Below are positions 19,727 through 29,499 of a stretch of 64,000 nucleotides of DNA, in pieces. Made by a program: the position numbers and the translations under genes. A model generated the notes under the pieces. That model was not told the DNA's origin. It saw only the letters and a program-made list of their open reading frames with translations, and ran no database searches. The DNA lies in IMG/VR virus record IMGVR_UViG_3300024344_003081; one strand, written 5' to 3'. Numbering within the stretch: position 1 is the first letter of the stretch; every line of letters starts with the position of its first letter. The stretch comes from a virus. Its lineage: Duplodnaviria; Caudoviricetes.

Positions 19727-22042
19727 ATGGCCTTTCAAGTTAGTCCAGGAGTAGCCGTAGCAGAAATCGACTTAACCACTAGAGTATCCATTCCTTCTAT
19801 TTCAGATGGTGCTATAGCTGGTAATTTAACATGGGGTCCCTTGGAGGAGGCAACATTAGTTACTTCAGAAGATGAGCTGGTTTCAGTATTCGGTAAACCA
19901 AACGGAAATACATATAAAACATTTTTTAGTGCCGCAAGTTTTTTGAGTTATTCAAATAAACTAAGAATTGTTAGGGCGGCTAGTACATCAACTGCTAAAA
20001 ATGCAGTATCTGGTGGTACTGCAATGTTGATTCGAAACGATAGTGAATATCAAAATACATACATGTCCACAACAACTGCAGGAACAAGTTTTACAGCAAA
20101 ATATCCAGGAGTACTTGGAAATTCAATGAAAGTGTCTATATGTATTGCAGACAGAGCAAATACAATAGTTAGTGAGAGTGATGGTACTGTTAAACTAGCA
20201 AGTAATACAGATATTGCACTTACTGGTACATTTGCAAATAGTGATACTGGAGCAGGTATTACAGGAACAAGTACATTATTTGATACAGAATTAAGAGTTG
20301 GAGATGTTGTTGTAGAAGGTGGTTCAAACAGTAATGTAGGAATAGTAACTGCAATTACTTCTAATACTGTGGCAACAATTGCACAAGCTACTGGTGGTGC
20401 TGAAACTACAGGATTAATTGGTGGATCAGGTGTATCATTTGTAAGAAAAAAGAGATCAGCTTTTAAAGAACCAGCAACTAATATGCAAGGTTCTCTTAGT
20501 GCAACTGCAGGTTCTCAGGTAATTACAGGAACAGATACTAATTTTTCTCGACAAATTCATGTTGGAGATATTATTATATGCAATGATGATACTGGTGTTG
20601 AAGTACAACGAAGAGTGCAATCTGTTGGAAATACAACATCCATGACTATGGTATCCGCTTATGATAGAGCAATAACTACACAGAGTACTTGGAAAAGACA
20701 ATGGGAATATGCAGATTCTTTTGCACAACCACCTCTTACAAGTCCTTTTGCTTATAATAAAACTGGATCAGGAGATGTTGGAGATGAAATTCACGTTATA
20801 GTAGTAGATGAAGATGGCGATATTTTAGGAGCAAAAGATAAAAGAGGAGCAAAATCTACTTCAAATAGACAAGTTCTTGAAGCACATCCAAAAGTATCAG
20901 TAGCAAATGGTGCTACAGGATCTACTGGACAATCTGTGTATTATAAAGAAGCAATAAACAATAGTTCTAAATGGGTTAGATGGACAGATCATGATGCAAT
21001 GGGAGATGCTCCTACAGATGCAGGATCTAATAAAATTACTCTTGATTGGGGTAATACTCTTACTCAAGGAAATCTTAGTGCTAGATTTGCTGGATCTTTT
21101 AGTGGAGCAGGCTCAAATGGAATTATGACAGCCAGTCTTTCAGGAGGAGTTGATGGATATAGTTCTTCAGCTTCAGATGAAATTAATGCTTATAGTTATT
21201 TCAAAGATCCTGCAAAAATAGATGTTTCTTTAATAATTTCGGGAGAAGCATCAAATACTTTATGCACATATTTGATTAATGAAATAGCAGAAACTAGAAA
21301 AGATTGTGTTGTATTTGTTTCTCCTGAAGAAGCAGATGTTGTAAACAAAGAAGGAAGCGAAGTAACAAACGCAGTTGCTAGAAGGAATGCATTACCAAGC
21401 ACAAGTTATGCTGTTATGGATGGAAGTTACAAATACTTGTTTGACAGGTATAATTCTATTTATAGATGGGTTCCAATGAATGGCGATATTGCTGGAATTT
21501 GTGCCCAAGCAGATAATGTTAATCCTTATGTTTCTCCTGCGGGATTTACAAGAGGAAATATAAAAGGTGCAGAATTTATAGCATATATTCCGAATAATGC
21601 TGAAAGAGATGATTTGTATATAAATGGTATTAATCCAATAGCATCATTTCCTGGAAAAGGAAAAATCCTATTTGGTGATAAAACATTATTAGCAAGACCA
21701 TCATCTTTTGATAGAATTAATGTACGTAGACTTTTTATTATTCTAGAAAAAGCTATAGCAAATGCGGCTGAAAATTTGTTATTTGAATTTAACGATGAAT
21801 TTACACGATTAAATTTTATTTCTATAATAGAGCCTTTTTTAAGAGATGTTCAATCATCAAGAGGTATAGAAGCGTTTCAAGTAGTATGTGATGGAACAAA
21901 TAATACGCCTGCTGTTATAAATAGAAATGAGTTTAGAGGAGATATTTTCATTAAACCCACTAAATCTATTAACTTTATAGGATTAAACTTTGTTGCCGTG
22001 GCTTCTGGAGTAGAATTCTCTGAAGTGGTTAACGCAGTTTAA
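19727..22042 (+). CDS. gp18: Tail sheath protein gp18
   Basis: MAFQVSPGVAVAEIDLT start, WGPLEE, AKYPGVLGN and DRINVRRLFI motifs; 771 aa with inserted domains. Confidence 0.95.
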   Translation: MAFQVSPGVAVAEIDLTTRVSIPSISDGAIAGNLTWGPLEEATLVTSEDELVSVFGKPNGNTYKTFFSAASFLSYSNKLRIVRAASTSTAKNAVSGGTAMLIRNDSEYQNTYMSTTTAGTSFTAKYPGVLGNSMKVSICIADRANTIVSESDGTVKLASNTDIALTGTFANSDTGAGITGTSTLFDTELRVGDVVVEGGSNSNVGIVTAITSNTVATIAQATGGAETTGLIGGSGVSFVRKKRSAFKEPATNMQGSLSATAGSQVITGTDTNFSRQIHVGDIIICNDDTGVEVQRRVQSVGNTTSMTMVSAYDRAITTQSTWKRQWEYADSFAQPPLTSPFAYNKTGSGDVGDEIHVIVVDEDGDILGAKDKRGAKSTSNRQVLEAHPKVSVANGATGSTGQSVYYKEAINNSSKWVRWTDHDAMGDAPTDAGSNKITLDWGNTLTQGNLSARFAGSFSGAGSNGIMTASLSGGVDGYSSSASDEINAYSYFKDPAKIDVSLIISGEASNTLCTYLINEIAETRKDCVVFVSPEEADVVNKEGSEVTNAVARRNALPSTSYAVMDGSYKYLFDRYNSIYRWVPMNGDIAGICAQADNVNPYVSPAGFTRGNIKGAEFIAYIPNNAERDDLYINGINPIASFPGKGKILFGDKTLLARPSSFDRINVRRLFIILEKAIANAAENLLFEFNDEFTRLNFISIIEPFLRDVQSSRGIEAFQVVCDGTNNTPAVINRNEFRGDIFIKPTKSINFIGLNFVAVASGVEFSEVVNAV

Positions 22043-22053
22043 GGAGAAAAGAA

Positions 22054-22635
22054 ATGGCTTTCAATATAGCAAATTTTAGACATGCAATGTATTATGATGG
22101 GCAAAGGCCCAATTTATTTCAAGTCACGATTGCTTCACAAGCTAATATCTTTGATGGAGGTGAATTAAATATGTTTGCTAAAGCGACTTCAATACCCGGT
22201 GCTACAATTGGAACAGTTATAGTGCCTTATTTTGGTAGAGAAGTTAAAATGGCAGGAAATAGAACTTTTCCAGAATGGACTGTGACTGTTATTAATGATG
22301 AAAATTTTGCGGCAAGATCACAATTTGAATTTTGGATGAATCAAATAAACAATCATTCAGACAATATTAGAGGCGCAGGACAATCATCCTCATCTTATGT
22401 CAGTACTGCAGAAGTTAAACAGTTTTCTAAAAACGGTTCTGCCACTGCAAGATATAGGTTTGTAAGCCTATTTCCAACTGATCTTTCAGAAATTACTCTG
22501 GATTGGGGTGATAATGATACTGTTGAAGAATATACTGTAACTTTTTCATATGATTATTGGACTCGTCATGCAGGTGGTATGAGTGCTGGTACGGGAACAG
22601 TAGCGCCAGATATTGAAACAAACACAGGTGGCTAA
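22054..22635 (+). CDS. gp19: Tail tube protein gp19
   Basis: RPNLFQV, IPGATIG...PYFGREVKMAGNRTFPEWTVTVINDENF and EEYTVTFSYDYW. Confidence 0.95.
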   Translation: MAFNIANFRHAMYYDGQRPNLFQVTIASQANIFDGGELNMFAKATSIPGATIGTVIVPYFGREVKMAGNRTFPEWTVTVINDENFAARSQFEFWMNQINNHSDNIRGAGQSSSSYVSTAEVKQFSKNGSATARYRFVSLFPTDLSEITLDWGDNDTVEEYTVTFSYDYWTRHAGGMSAGTGTVAPDIETNTGG

Positions 22636-22730
22636 TACCTCAAAAAACATAATTTTCTGATTTTGCGAGTGAATAAATATAAATTAGTACAGTACTATTA
22701 TAATTATTTAACTCGCATTCAGGAAATTAC

Positions 22731-24413
22731 ATGCCTATTGAACTATTCGGTTTTTCAATCGGAAAAAAAGAACAAAAGAACGTAAAGGTTCAAACTTTTG
22801 CGGAAGCAGAATATGAAGATGGAGCATTGTCCGTAGCATCAGGTGGTGTTTATGGAACATATGTTGATACAGAAGGTGCTATAAAAAGCGAGTCTGAATT
22901 GATAAACAGATATCGTGATATGGGTCTTCAAGCAGAAGTAGAGAACGCTATTGATGACATTGTTAATGAAGCAATTGTATCATCAAAAGACAAACCCGTT
23001 GTAAGAATTAACGTAGATAATTTAAATGTTTCTGAACCCATTAGAGACAAACTAAGACTAGAATTCAAATCAATAAGTAAACTTTTAGATTTACAAAATT
23101 TAGGATCTGATGTTTTTAAGAGATGGTATATTGATGGTAGAGTTTATTATCATGTTATTGTTGATGAGAATAACTTAGAAAAGGGTATTCATGAATTAAG
23201 AATCTTAGATCCCAGAAAAATAAAGAAAATACGAGAAAAGAAAAAAGAAAAACAACCCGATGGTAAAACAAAAACCACGGTTTTAGAATATTATGTTTAT
23301 AATCAAAAGGGAATTTATCAATCACAAGGACAAGTAATCGGAACTGCTTTTACAAGTGCCGCCAGTGGTTTAAAGATATCTCCCGATTCGATTGTATATA
23401 CACATTCAGGACTAATGAATGCTACACGTTCATTAGTTTTATCCTACCTACACAAAGCAATCAAACCATTAAATCAATTAAGAATGATAGAAGATTCTCT
23501 GGTAATTTATCGTATTTCACGGGCTCCAGAAAGAAGAATTTTTTATGTTGATGTTGGTAATTTACCAAAATTAAAAGCAGAACAATACATGCGTGATTTA
23601 ATGACACGATACAAAAATAAACTTGTATATGATGCAAACACCGGTGAAGTTAGAGATGATAGAAAACATATGTCAATGCTTGAAGATTATTGGATGCCAA
23701 GAAGAGAAGGTGGAAGAGGAACAGAAATTTCTACCCTACCTGGTGGTTCAAATCTTGGAGATATTGAAGATGTATTATATTTTCAGAAAAAACTTTACAA
23801 ATCACTAGGTGTTCCTATTTCAAGACTTGAATCAGAAGCAAATTATACAATTGGCCGTGCTACAGAAATTTCAAGGGATGAAGTTAAATTTACACGGTTT
23901 GTTAATAAACTCCAAAGTAGATTTAGTTTAATGTTTGATGAGATTATGGAAAGACAATTAACACTCAAAGGCATAATGTCTAGAGAAGATTGGAAAAATG
24001 TTAAGAATGAAATATTTTATGAATTTGAAAACGATAGTCATTTTGCAGAAATAAAGCATAATGAACTTCTTCAAGATAGATTAAACATTTTAAGAGATTT
24101 ACAAGATTATGCTGGAAAATATTGGTCACATGAGTATATAAGAAAGCATATTTTGATGATGACTGATGATGAAGTTAAATCTAATGATGAGCAAATGCAA
24201 AAAGAATTAGATGATCCCAGATTTTCGGGAGAAGAAGAAATGCAATTTAATTCCGTAGAAGTAAATACGGACAATAAACAATATATCAATGAAGATATTG
24301 ATAAAAAAATTGAGGAGAAATTTGAAGTTGCGAAGAAAGAAAATGAGATTAAAGATAAAGTAAATGATATTCTTTTTTCTGTTTTAGAAGATGATGAAAA
24401 ATTTGTAAGTTAA
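22731..24413 (+). CDS. gp20: Portal vertex protein gp20
   Basis: SYLHKAIKPLNQLRMIEDSLVIYRISRAPERRIFYVDVGNLPK and EDYWMPRREGGRGTEISTLPGG. Confidence 0.97.
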   Translation: MPIELFGFSIGKKEQKNVKVQTFAEAEYEDGALSVASGGVYGTYVDTEGAIKSESELINRYRDMGLQAEVENAIDDIVNEAIVSSKDKPVVRINVDNLNVSEPIRDKLRLEFKSISKLLDLQNLGSDVFKRWYIDGRVYYHVIVDENNLEKGIHELRILDPRKIKKIREKKKEKQPDGKTKTTVLEYYVYNQKGIYQSQGQVIGTAFTSAASGLKISPDSIVYTHSGLMNATRSLVLSYLHKAIKPLNQLRMIEDSLVIYRISRAPERRIFYVDVGNLPKLKAEQYMRDLMTRYKNKLVYDANTGEVRDDRKHMSMLEDYWMPRREGGRGTEISTLPGGSNLGDIEDVLYFQKKLYKSLGVPISRLESEANYTIGRATEISRDEVKFTRFVNKLQSRFSLMFDEIMERQLTLKGIMSREDWKNVKNEIFYEFENDSHFAEIKHNELLQDRLNILRDLQDYAGKYWSHEYIRKHILMMTDDEVKSNDEQMQKELDDPRFSGEEEMQFNSVEVNTDNKQYINEDIDKKIEEKFEVAKKENEIKDKVNDILFSVLEDDEKFVS

Positions 24414-24459
24414 AAATTTATAAATTGATTCTGGTGAAGATTTAGGTGCAGAGACATAA

Positions 24460-27400
24460 ATGAAAGACGATCAAAAAGAACCACAAGACTTAGATTTAAG
24501 TAAAGTTTTAGCTACTGCTCTTGCTTATACTAAAAAAACACTTAAAAAGACTAAAGAAGAACTTGTTGTAGGCATAAAAGAAATTTTAGATCCTGTAACT
24601 GGTGAAAAAGTCAGAGTTCTTGAAATCAAAGGTACAGAAGGTTCCAAGGGCGAAAAAGGTGAAAAGGGAGAGCAAGGAGAGATTGGTCCCGTTGGTGAAC
24701 GAGGGGAAGACGGGAGAATTGGGCCTCAAGGTGTTCAAGGACCTCAGGGAGAGCAGGGAGAAACTGGACCCGAGGGACCCGAGGGAGAAAAGGGCGATCC
24801 TGGTGATGATGCTGAAGTAACTAGACTTGAAATTGAAATAGAAGGCATCAAAAAAGTTGTTAAAGAAGTTAGTTCAAAAGCAACCCAAACTGCACAAAAA
24901 GTAGCAGGAGGAAGCGGTTGGGGTGAAGGCGGCGGTGGAGGAGGAGCTTCTGGAATACACGGAACACATGGAACTTCTGGATCTGCGGGTTCATCTGGCG
25001 AAACTCATGGTACTTCTGGATCTTCTGGAGTTGATGGAACGTTTTTAGGCACTCATGGTACTTCTGGCTCTGCAGGAAGTTCTGGAGGAACAGGAAGTCA
25101 TGGTACTTCTGGCTCTGCAGGATCATCTGGATCTGCTGGTTCGTCTGGCTCATCTGGGTCTACAGGAACTTCTGGATCATCTGGTTTAACATATGCTTCA
25201 TCTGGATCTTCTGGAACTGCAGGAACATCTGGTCGTGATGGCGGTTCTTATATTCATATTCAATCTTCAGCCCAACCTGTTTGGTTAATAAATCATAATT
25301 TAAATACTAGACCAATAAACATATTAGTAGTAGATAGTGATTACAATGTAATTTATCCTGAATCTGTTCAATTTATTGATTCCAATACTGTAAAAATAAT
25401 CTGGCCTTCCTCTCAAGCAGGATTTGCTTCAATCACTTTTGGTGAAGCCTCTTCTGGTACTTCAGGAACATCTGGATTAACATATGCTTCTTCTGGTTCT
25501 GCTGGCTCTGCAGGAAGTGCTGGATCTACTGGTTCTGCAGGAAGTTCGGGAAGTGCTGGAAGTGCAGGAAGTTCGGGATCGTCTGGTCGTGATGCTTCTT
25601 CTGGATCATCTGGTTCTTCTGGAACATCTGGAACATCTGGAGTAGATGGTGAACAAGGAGATACGGGAGAAGGAGGAACTTCTGGTTCGTCAGGAACTAC
25701 TGGAACGCATGGAAGTTCTGGTTCTTCGGGAACAGATGGGACATCAGGAACATCTGGATCAGATGGAACTGAAGGAGATACAGGACCTCAAGGAACTGGA
25801 GGAACATCTGGCTCTGCAGGAAGTTCGGGAAGTGCTGGATCGTCTGGTTCATCTGGAGAAGATGGAACTTCGGGATCGTCTGGTTCATCTGGAGAAGATG
25901 GAACTTCTGGATCTTCTGGATCGTCTGGTTCTGCAGGAAGTTCTGGAACTTCTGGAACTGCTGGTACAAGTGGAACTTCTGGAACTGCTGGATCATCTGG
26001 TATAGATGGTGGTTTTGGAGGAGCTTCATTTTCATATCGTTACAATACTACACAAGGTACGGATGATCCAGGAACAGGGAAAATAGCATTTACTCTAACT
26101 TCTGGTACTTTTACAACTCCTGATCAAGCTAATAGATTAAGAATAAGTGATACTGATCAAGACGGAACAATAATTGATAGTTTTTTACAAACAATTAATG
26201 ATGTTGCTTTTAGTGATCCTAAAGGACATTTACGAATTTATGATAAAGATGATCCAGATGAATTTATGTTATATGGTATCAATGAATTTGATACTGTAAA
26301 TCCTTCATGGTATTATGTAAAAGTTACATATTTAGATTCCTCATTAACTGATTTTCAAAACGCAACTGAACTTGTTGCAACATTTGCAAGAACTGGTGAT
26401 TCTGGAACTTCTGGATCTGCTGGTTCATCTGGATCTGCGGGTAGTGCTGGATCCGCTGGTTCTGCTGGAAGTGCTGGCTCTGCAGGGAGTGCGGGTTCTG
26501 CAGGAACTGCTGGTTCTGCTGGTTCATCTGGATCCGCTGGATCTTCTGGATTGACATATGCTTCTTCTGGATCTGCTGGATCGTCTGGATTGACATTTGC
26601 TTCATCTGGATCATCTGGAGGAACAGGAAGTCATGGAACTTCTGGAACTACTGGAACTTCTGGCTCTGCTGGAAGTACTGGTTCTGCAGGTTCTGCAGGT
26701 AGTGCTGGATCTTCTGGACAAGATGGTGGTTCTTATATTCATAATCAAGAGTCAGCGGCATCCGTTTGGTTAATAAATCATCATCTAGGTGTTAGACCTT
26801 TAAATACTACAGTTGTAAATACTGATTATGATGTAATTTATCCAGAATCGATTAGATTTACAGACTCACGTACTGTTAAATTAGTTTTTACATCTGCAGT
26901 AGCGGGTTGGTGTGCATTAACTTTTGGAGAAGGCTCTTCTGGAACTTCTGGTTCTTCTGGAACTTCTGGATCGTCTGGTTCTGCAGGATCTGCTGGTTCT
27001 GCTGGTTCTGCAGGATCGTCTGGATCGTCTGGTTCTGCAGGAAGTGCAGGTAGTGCTGGATCATCTGGATGGACTTATGCTTCTTCTGGATCGTCTGGTT
27101 CTGCAGGAAGTGCTGGCTCTGCTGGAAGTGCTGGATCTGCTGGTTCTGCTGGAAGTGCAGGAAGTTCGGGAAGTGCTGGATCGTCTGGCTCTGCAGGAAG
27201 TTCGGGAAGTGCTGGATCTGCTGGTTCCGCTGGTTCTGCAGGGAGTGCTGGTTCATCTGGATCTGCAGGAAGCTCTGGATCTTCTGGTACTTCTGGATCT
27301 TCTGGTTCATCTGGCTCTGCAGGAAGTGCTGGCTCTGCTGGAAGTGCTGGCTCTGCAGGATCATCTGGATCTGCTGGTTCATCTGGCTCTGCAGGATCAT

Positions 27401-29499
27401 CTGGATCTGCTGGTTCATCTGGCTCTGCAGGAAGTGCTGGAAGTGCTGGCTCTACAGGAAGTTCGGGAAGTGCTGGATCATCTGGTCGTGATGGTGTTTT
27501 TGGAGGAGCGGCTTTTGAATATGATTTTTCAAATACAGCATTTGTAGGAGCTACAAGTGATCCTGGTGCGGGTAAACTTAACGTAGGATTCGATAATGGA
27601 TCTATTACTTTAGAGGATGATACTGGAAGTTTTATTTTAGAAACAGAGTCGGATCTTTTATTAGAGGGAGGTTCTACACCTACTGATTTTTCTACAGTTA
27701 ACAGAATTTCTATAAGCGAAACTGATGTAAATGGAACATCAACTGAAAGTTTTTTAAGTCAAGTTCAAACAGCAACATCTGCAATTAAAGGTCATGTAAG
27801 AATTCATCGAAAAACATATTCTGACCAATATGCAATGTTTACCATTCATTATGTTACTAATAATACAGATTTTCAAGAAATAGAAGTTACAAAAGTTGGT
27901 GGTGAAAATGCATTTTTTGCTAATGATGAAGACATAGTTGTTACATTTGCAAGAACTGGTGATGCTGGAACATCTGGAACATCTGGATCATCTGGATTAA
28001 CTTATGCTTCTTCTGGAAGTGCTGGCTCTGCAGGAAGTGCAGGAAGTTCTGGAACTGCAGGATCGTCTGGTCGTGATGGGGGTTCTTTTACTCATGAACA
28101 ATCTTCAGCGGCATCTGTTTGGTTAATAAATCATACTTTAACAAAAAGAGTTATAAATGTTCAAGTTTGTGATGATGATTATAATGTAATTTATCCAGAA
28201 TCTATTCAATTTACGGATTCAAATAATATAAAAATAGTATTTCCTACTGCAATAGCAGGATGGGCTACAGTAACGTTTGGAGAATCAACTTCTGGTACTT
28301 CTGGAACTGCAGGATCATCTGGAATAACTTATGCTTCTTCTGGATCGTCTGGTTCTGCAGGAAGTGCTGGCTCTGCTGGAAGTGCTGGATCTGCTGGTTC
28401 TGCTGGAAGTGCAGGAAGTTCGGGAAGTGCTGGCTCTGCAGGAAGTGCTGGTTCATCTGGCTCTGCAGGAAGTGCTGGAAGTGCTGGAAGTGCAGGAAGT
28501 GCTGGCTCTTCTGGTTCTGCAGGAAGTGCTGGATCCGCAGGAACTTCTGGAACTGCAGGAACTTCTGGACTAGATGGTAATTTTGGAGGAGCATCTTTTG
28601 AATATGATTTTGAAAATACAACATTTACAGGTGCATCAAGCGATCCAGGTTCTGGTAAACTTGAAGTAGGTATTGATACTGGATCTGCACCAACTGATTT
28701 CTCTACAGTTAACAGAATTTCTATAAGCGAATTAGATGTAAATGGTACATCAACTGAGAGTTTTCTAGATCAAGTTGATGGTGCAACATCTGCAATTAAA
28801 GGTCATGTAAGAATTCATAAAAGATTTAATAGTGATCAATATGTAATATTTACAATTTCAGATGTTACTAATAATACAGATTTTCAAGAAATAGAAGTTT
28901 CAAAGATCGGAGGACAAACTGCATTATTTTCCGATGATGAAGATATAGTTGTTACATTTGCAAGAACTGGTGATGCTGGAACATCTGGAACTGCTGGAAC
29001 TTCAGGAACTGCAGGAACTTCTGCTTCTGCTGGTTCTGCAGGAAGTGCTGGATCATCTGGCTCTGCAGGAACTTCTGGAACTACTGGTTCTTCAGGAAGT
29101 GCAGGAAGTTCGGGAAGTGCTGGATCGTCTGGCTCTGCAGGAACTGCAGGATCCTCTGGATTTTTAAATCTAAATAATTCTGCAGAAGATCGTTTAATTT
29201 CTATTAATGCTGATACTGAATCTGGTGATGGAGAAACAAATTTAACATTTGATGGAAATGAATTAAATGTAACTGGTAAAACTTTTTTGGTGGGTACAAG
29301 TGGAACAACTGGTTATATTCAAATGTCTCAAAGAGATGATGTTTCAGGAAATAAACCTACTTTGACTGCAGGTCAATCTGCAGTTTTTTCAAGTTCTTCG
29401 GGAGCAGGAGGAACAGGAATATATTTTAAACAAGGAACTGATGATCCCGATGAATTGGTTTCACGCAAAAAAGCAATAACTTATGGATTAATATTCTAA
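24460..29499 (+). CDS. Giant collagen-like fibre protein 1 (Gly-X-Y plus GSA/GSS/GTS repeats with repeated globular modules)
   Basis: 1679 aa: 20 G-X-Y collagen triplets, then long (GSA/GSS/GTS)n runs alternating with three ~65 aa and three ~120 aa modules. Confidence 0.75.
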   Translation: MKDDQKEPQDLDLSKVLATALAYTKKTLKKTKEELVVGIKEILDPVTGEKVRVLEIKGTEGSKGEKGEKGEQGEIGPVGERGEDGRIGPQGVQGPQGEQGETGPEGPEGEKGDPGDDAEVTRLEIEIEGIKKVVKEVSSKATQTAQKVAGGSGWGEGGGGGGASGIHGTHGTSGSAGSSGETHGTSGSSGVDGTFLGTHGTSGSAGSSGGTGSHGTSGSAGSSGSAGSSGSSGSTGTSGSSGLTYASSGSSGTAGTSGRDGGSYIHIQSSAQPVWLINHNLNTRPINILVVDSDYNVIYPESVQFIDSNTVKIIWPSSQAGFASITFGEASSGTSGTSGLTYASSGSAGSAGSAGSTGSAGSSGSAGSAGSSGSSGRDASSGSSGSSGTSGTSGVDGEQGDTGEGGTSGSSGTTGTHGSSGSSGTDGTSGTSGSDGTEGDTGPQGTGGTSGSAGSSGSAGSSGSSGEDGTSGSSGSSGEDGTSGSSGSSGSAGSSGTSGTAGTSGTSGTAGSSGIDGGFGGASFSYRYNTTQGTDDPGTGKIAFTLTSGTFTTPDQANRLRISDTDQDGTIIDSFLQTINDVAFSDPKGHLRIYDKDDPDEFMLYGINEFDTVNPSWYYVKVTYLDSSLTDFQNATELVATFARTGDSGTSGSAGSSGSAGSAGSAGSAGSAGSAGSAGSAGTAGSAGSSGSAGSSGLTYASSGSAGSSGLTFASSGSSGGTGSHGTSGTTGTSGSAGSTGSAGSAGSAGSSGQDGGSYIHNQESAASVWLINHHLGVRPLNTTVVNTDYDVIYPESIRFTDSRTVKLVFTSAVAGWCALTFGEGSSGTSGSSGTSGSSGSAGSAGSAGSAGSSGSSGSAGSAGSAGSSGWTYASSGSSGSAGSAGSAGSAGSAGSAGSAGSSGSAGSSGSAGSSGSAGSAGSAGSAGSAGSSGSAGSSGSSGTSGSSGSSGSAGSAGSAGSAGSAGSSGSAGSSGSAGSSGSAGSSGSAGSAGSAGSTGSSGSAGSSGRDGVFGGAAFEYDFSNTAFVGATSDPGAGKLNVGFDNGSITLEDDTGSFILETESDLLLEGGSTPTDFSTVNRISISETDVNGTSTESFLSQVQTATSAIKGHVRIHRKTYSDQYAMFTIHYVTNNTDFQEIEVTKVGGENAFFANDEDIVVTFARTGDAGTSGTSGSSGLTYASSGSAGSAGSAGSSGTAGSSGRDGGSFTHEQSSAASVWLINHTLTKRVINVQVCDDDYNVIYPESIQFTDSNNIKIVFPTAIAGWATVTFGESTSGTSGTAGSSGITYASSGSSGSAGSAGSAGSAGSAGSAGSAGSSGSAGSAGSAGSSGSAGSAGSAGSAGSAGSSGSAGSAGSAGTSGTAGTSGLDGNFGGASFEYDFENTTFTGASSDPGSGKLEVGIDTGSAPTDFSTVNRISISELDVNGTSTESFLDQVDGATSAIKGHVRIHKRFNSDQYVIFTISDVTNNTDFQEIEVSKIGGQTALFSDDEDIVVTFARTGDAGTSGTAGTSGTAGTSASAGSAGSAGSSGSAGTSGTTGSSGSAGSSGSAGSSGSAGTAGSSGFLNLNNSAEDRLISINADTESGDGETNLTFDGNELNVTGKTFLVGTSGTTGYIQMSQRDDVSGNKPTLTAGQSAVFSSSSGAGGTGIYFKQGTDDPDELVSRKKAITYGLIF
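24631..24810 (+). repeat. Classical collagen Gly-X-Y repeat (20 triplets)
   Basis: GTE GSK GEK GEK GEQ ... GDP GDD. Confidence 0.85.
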
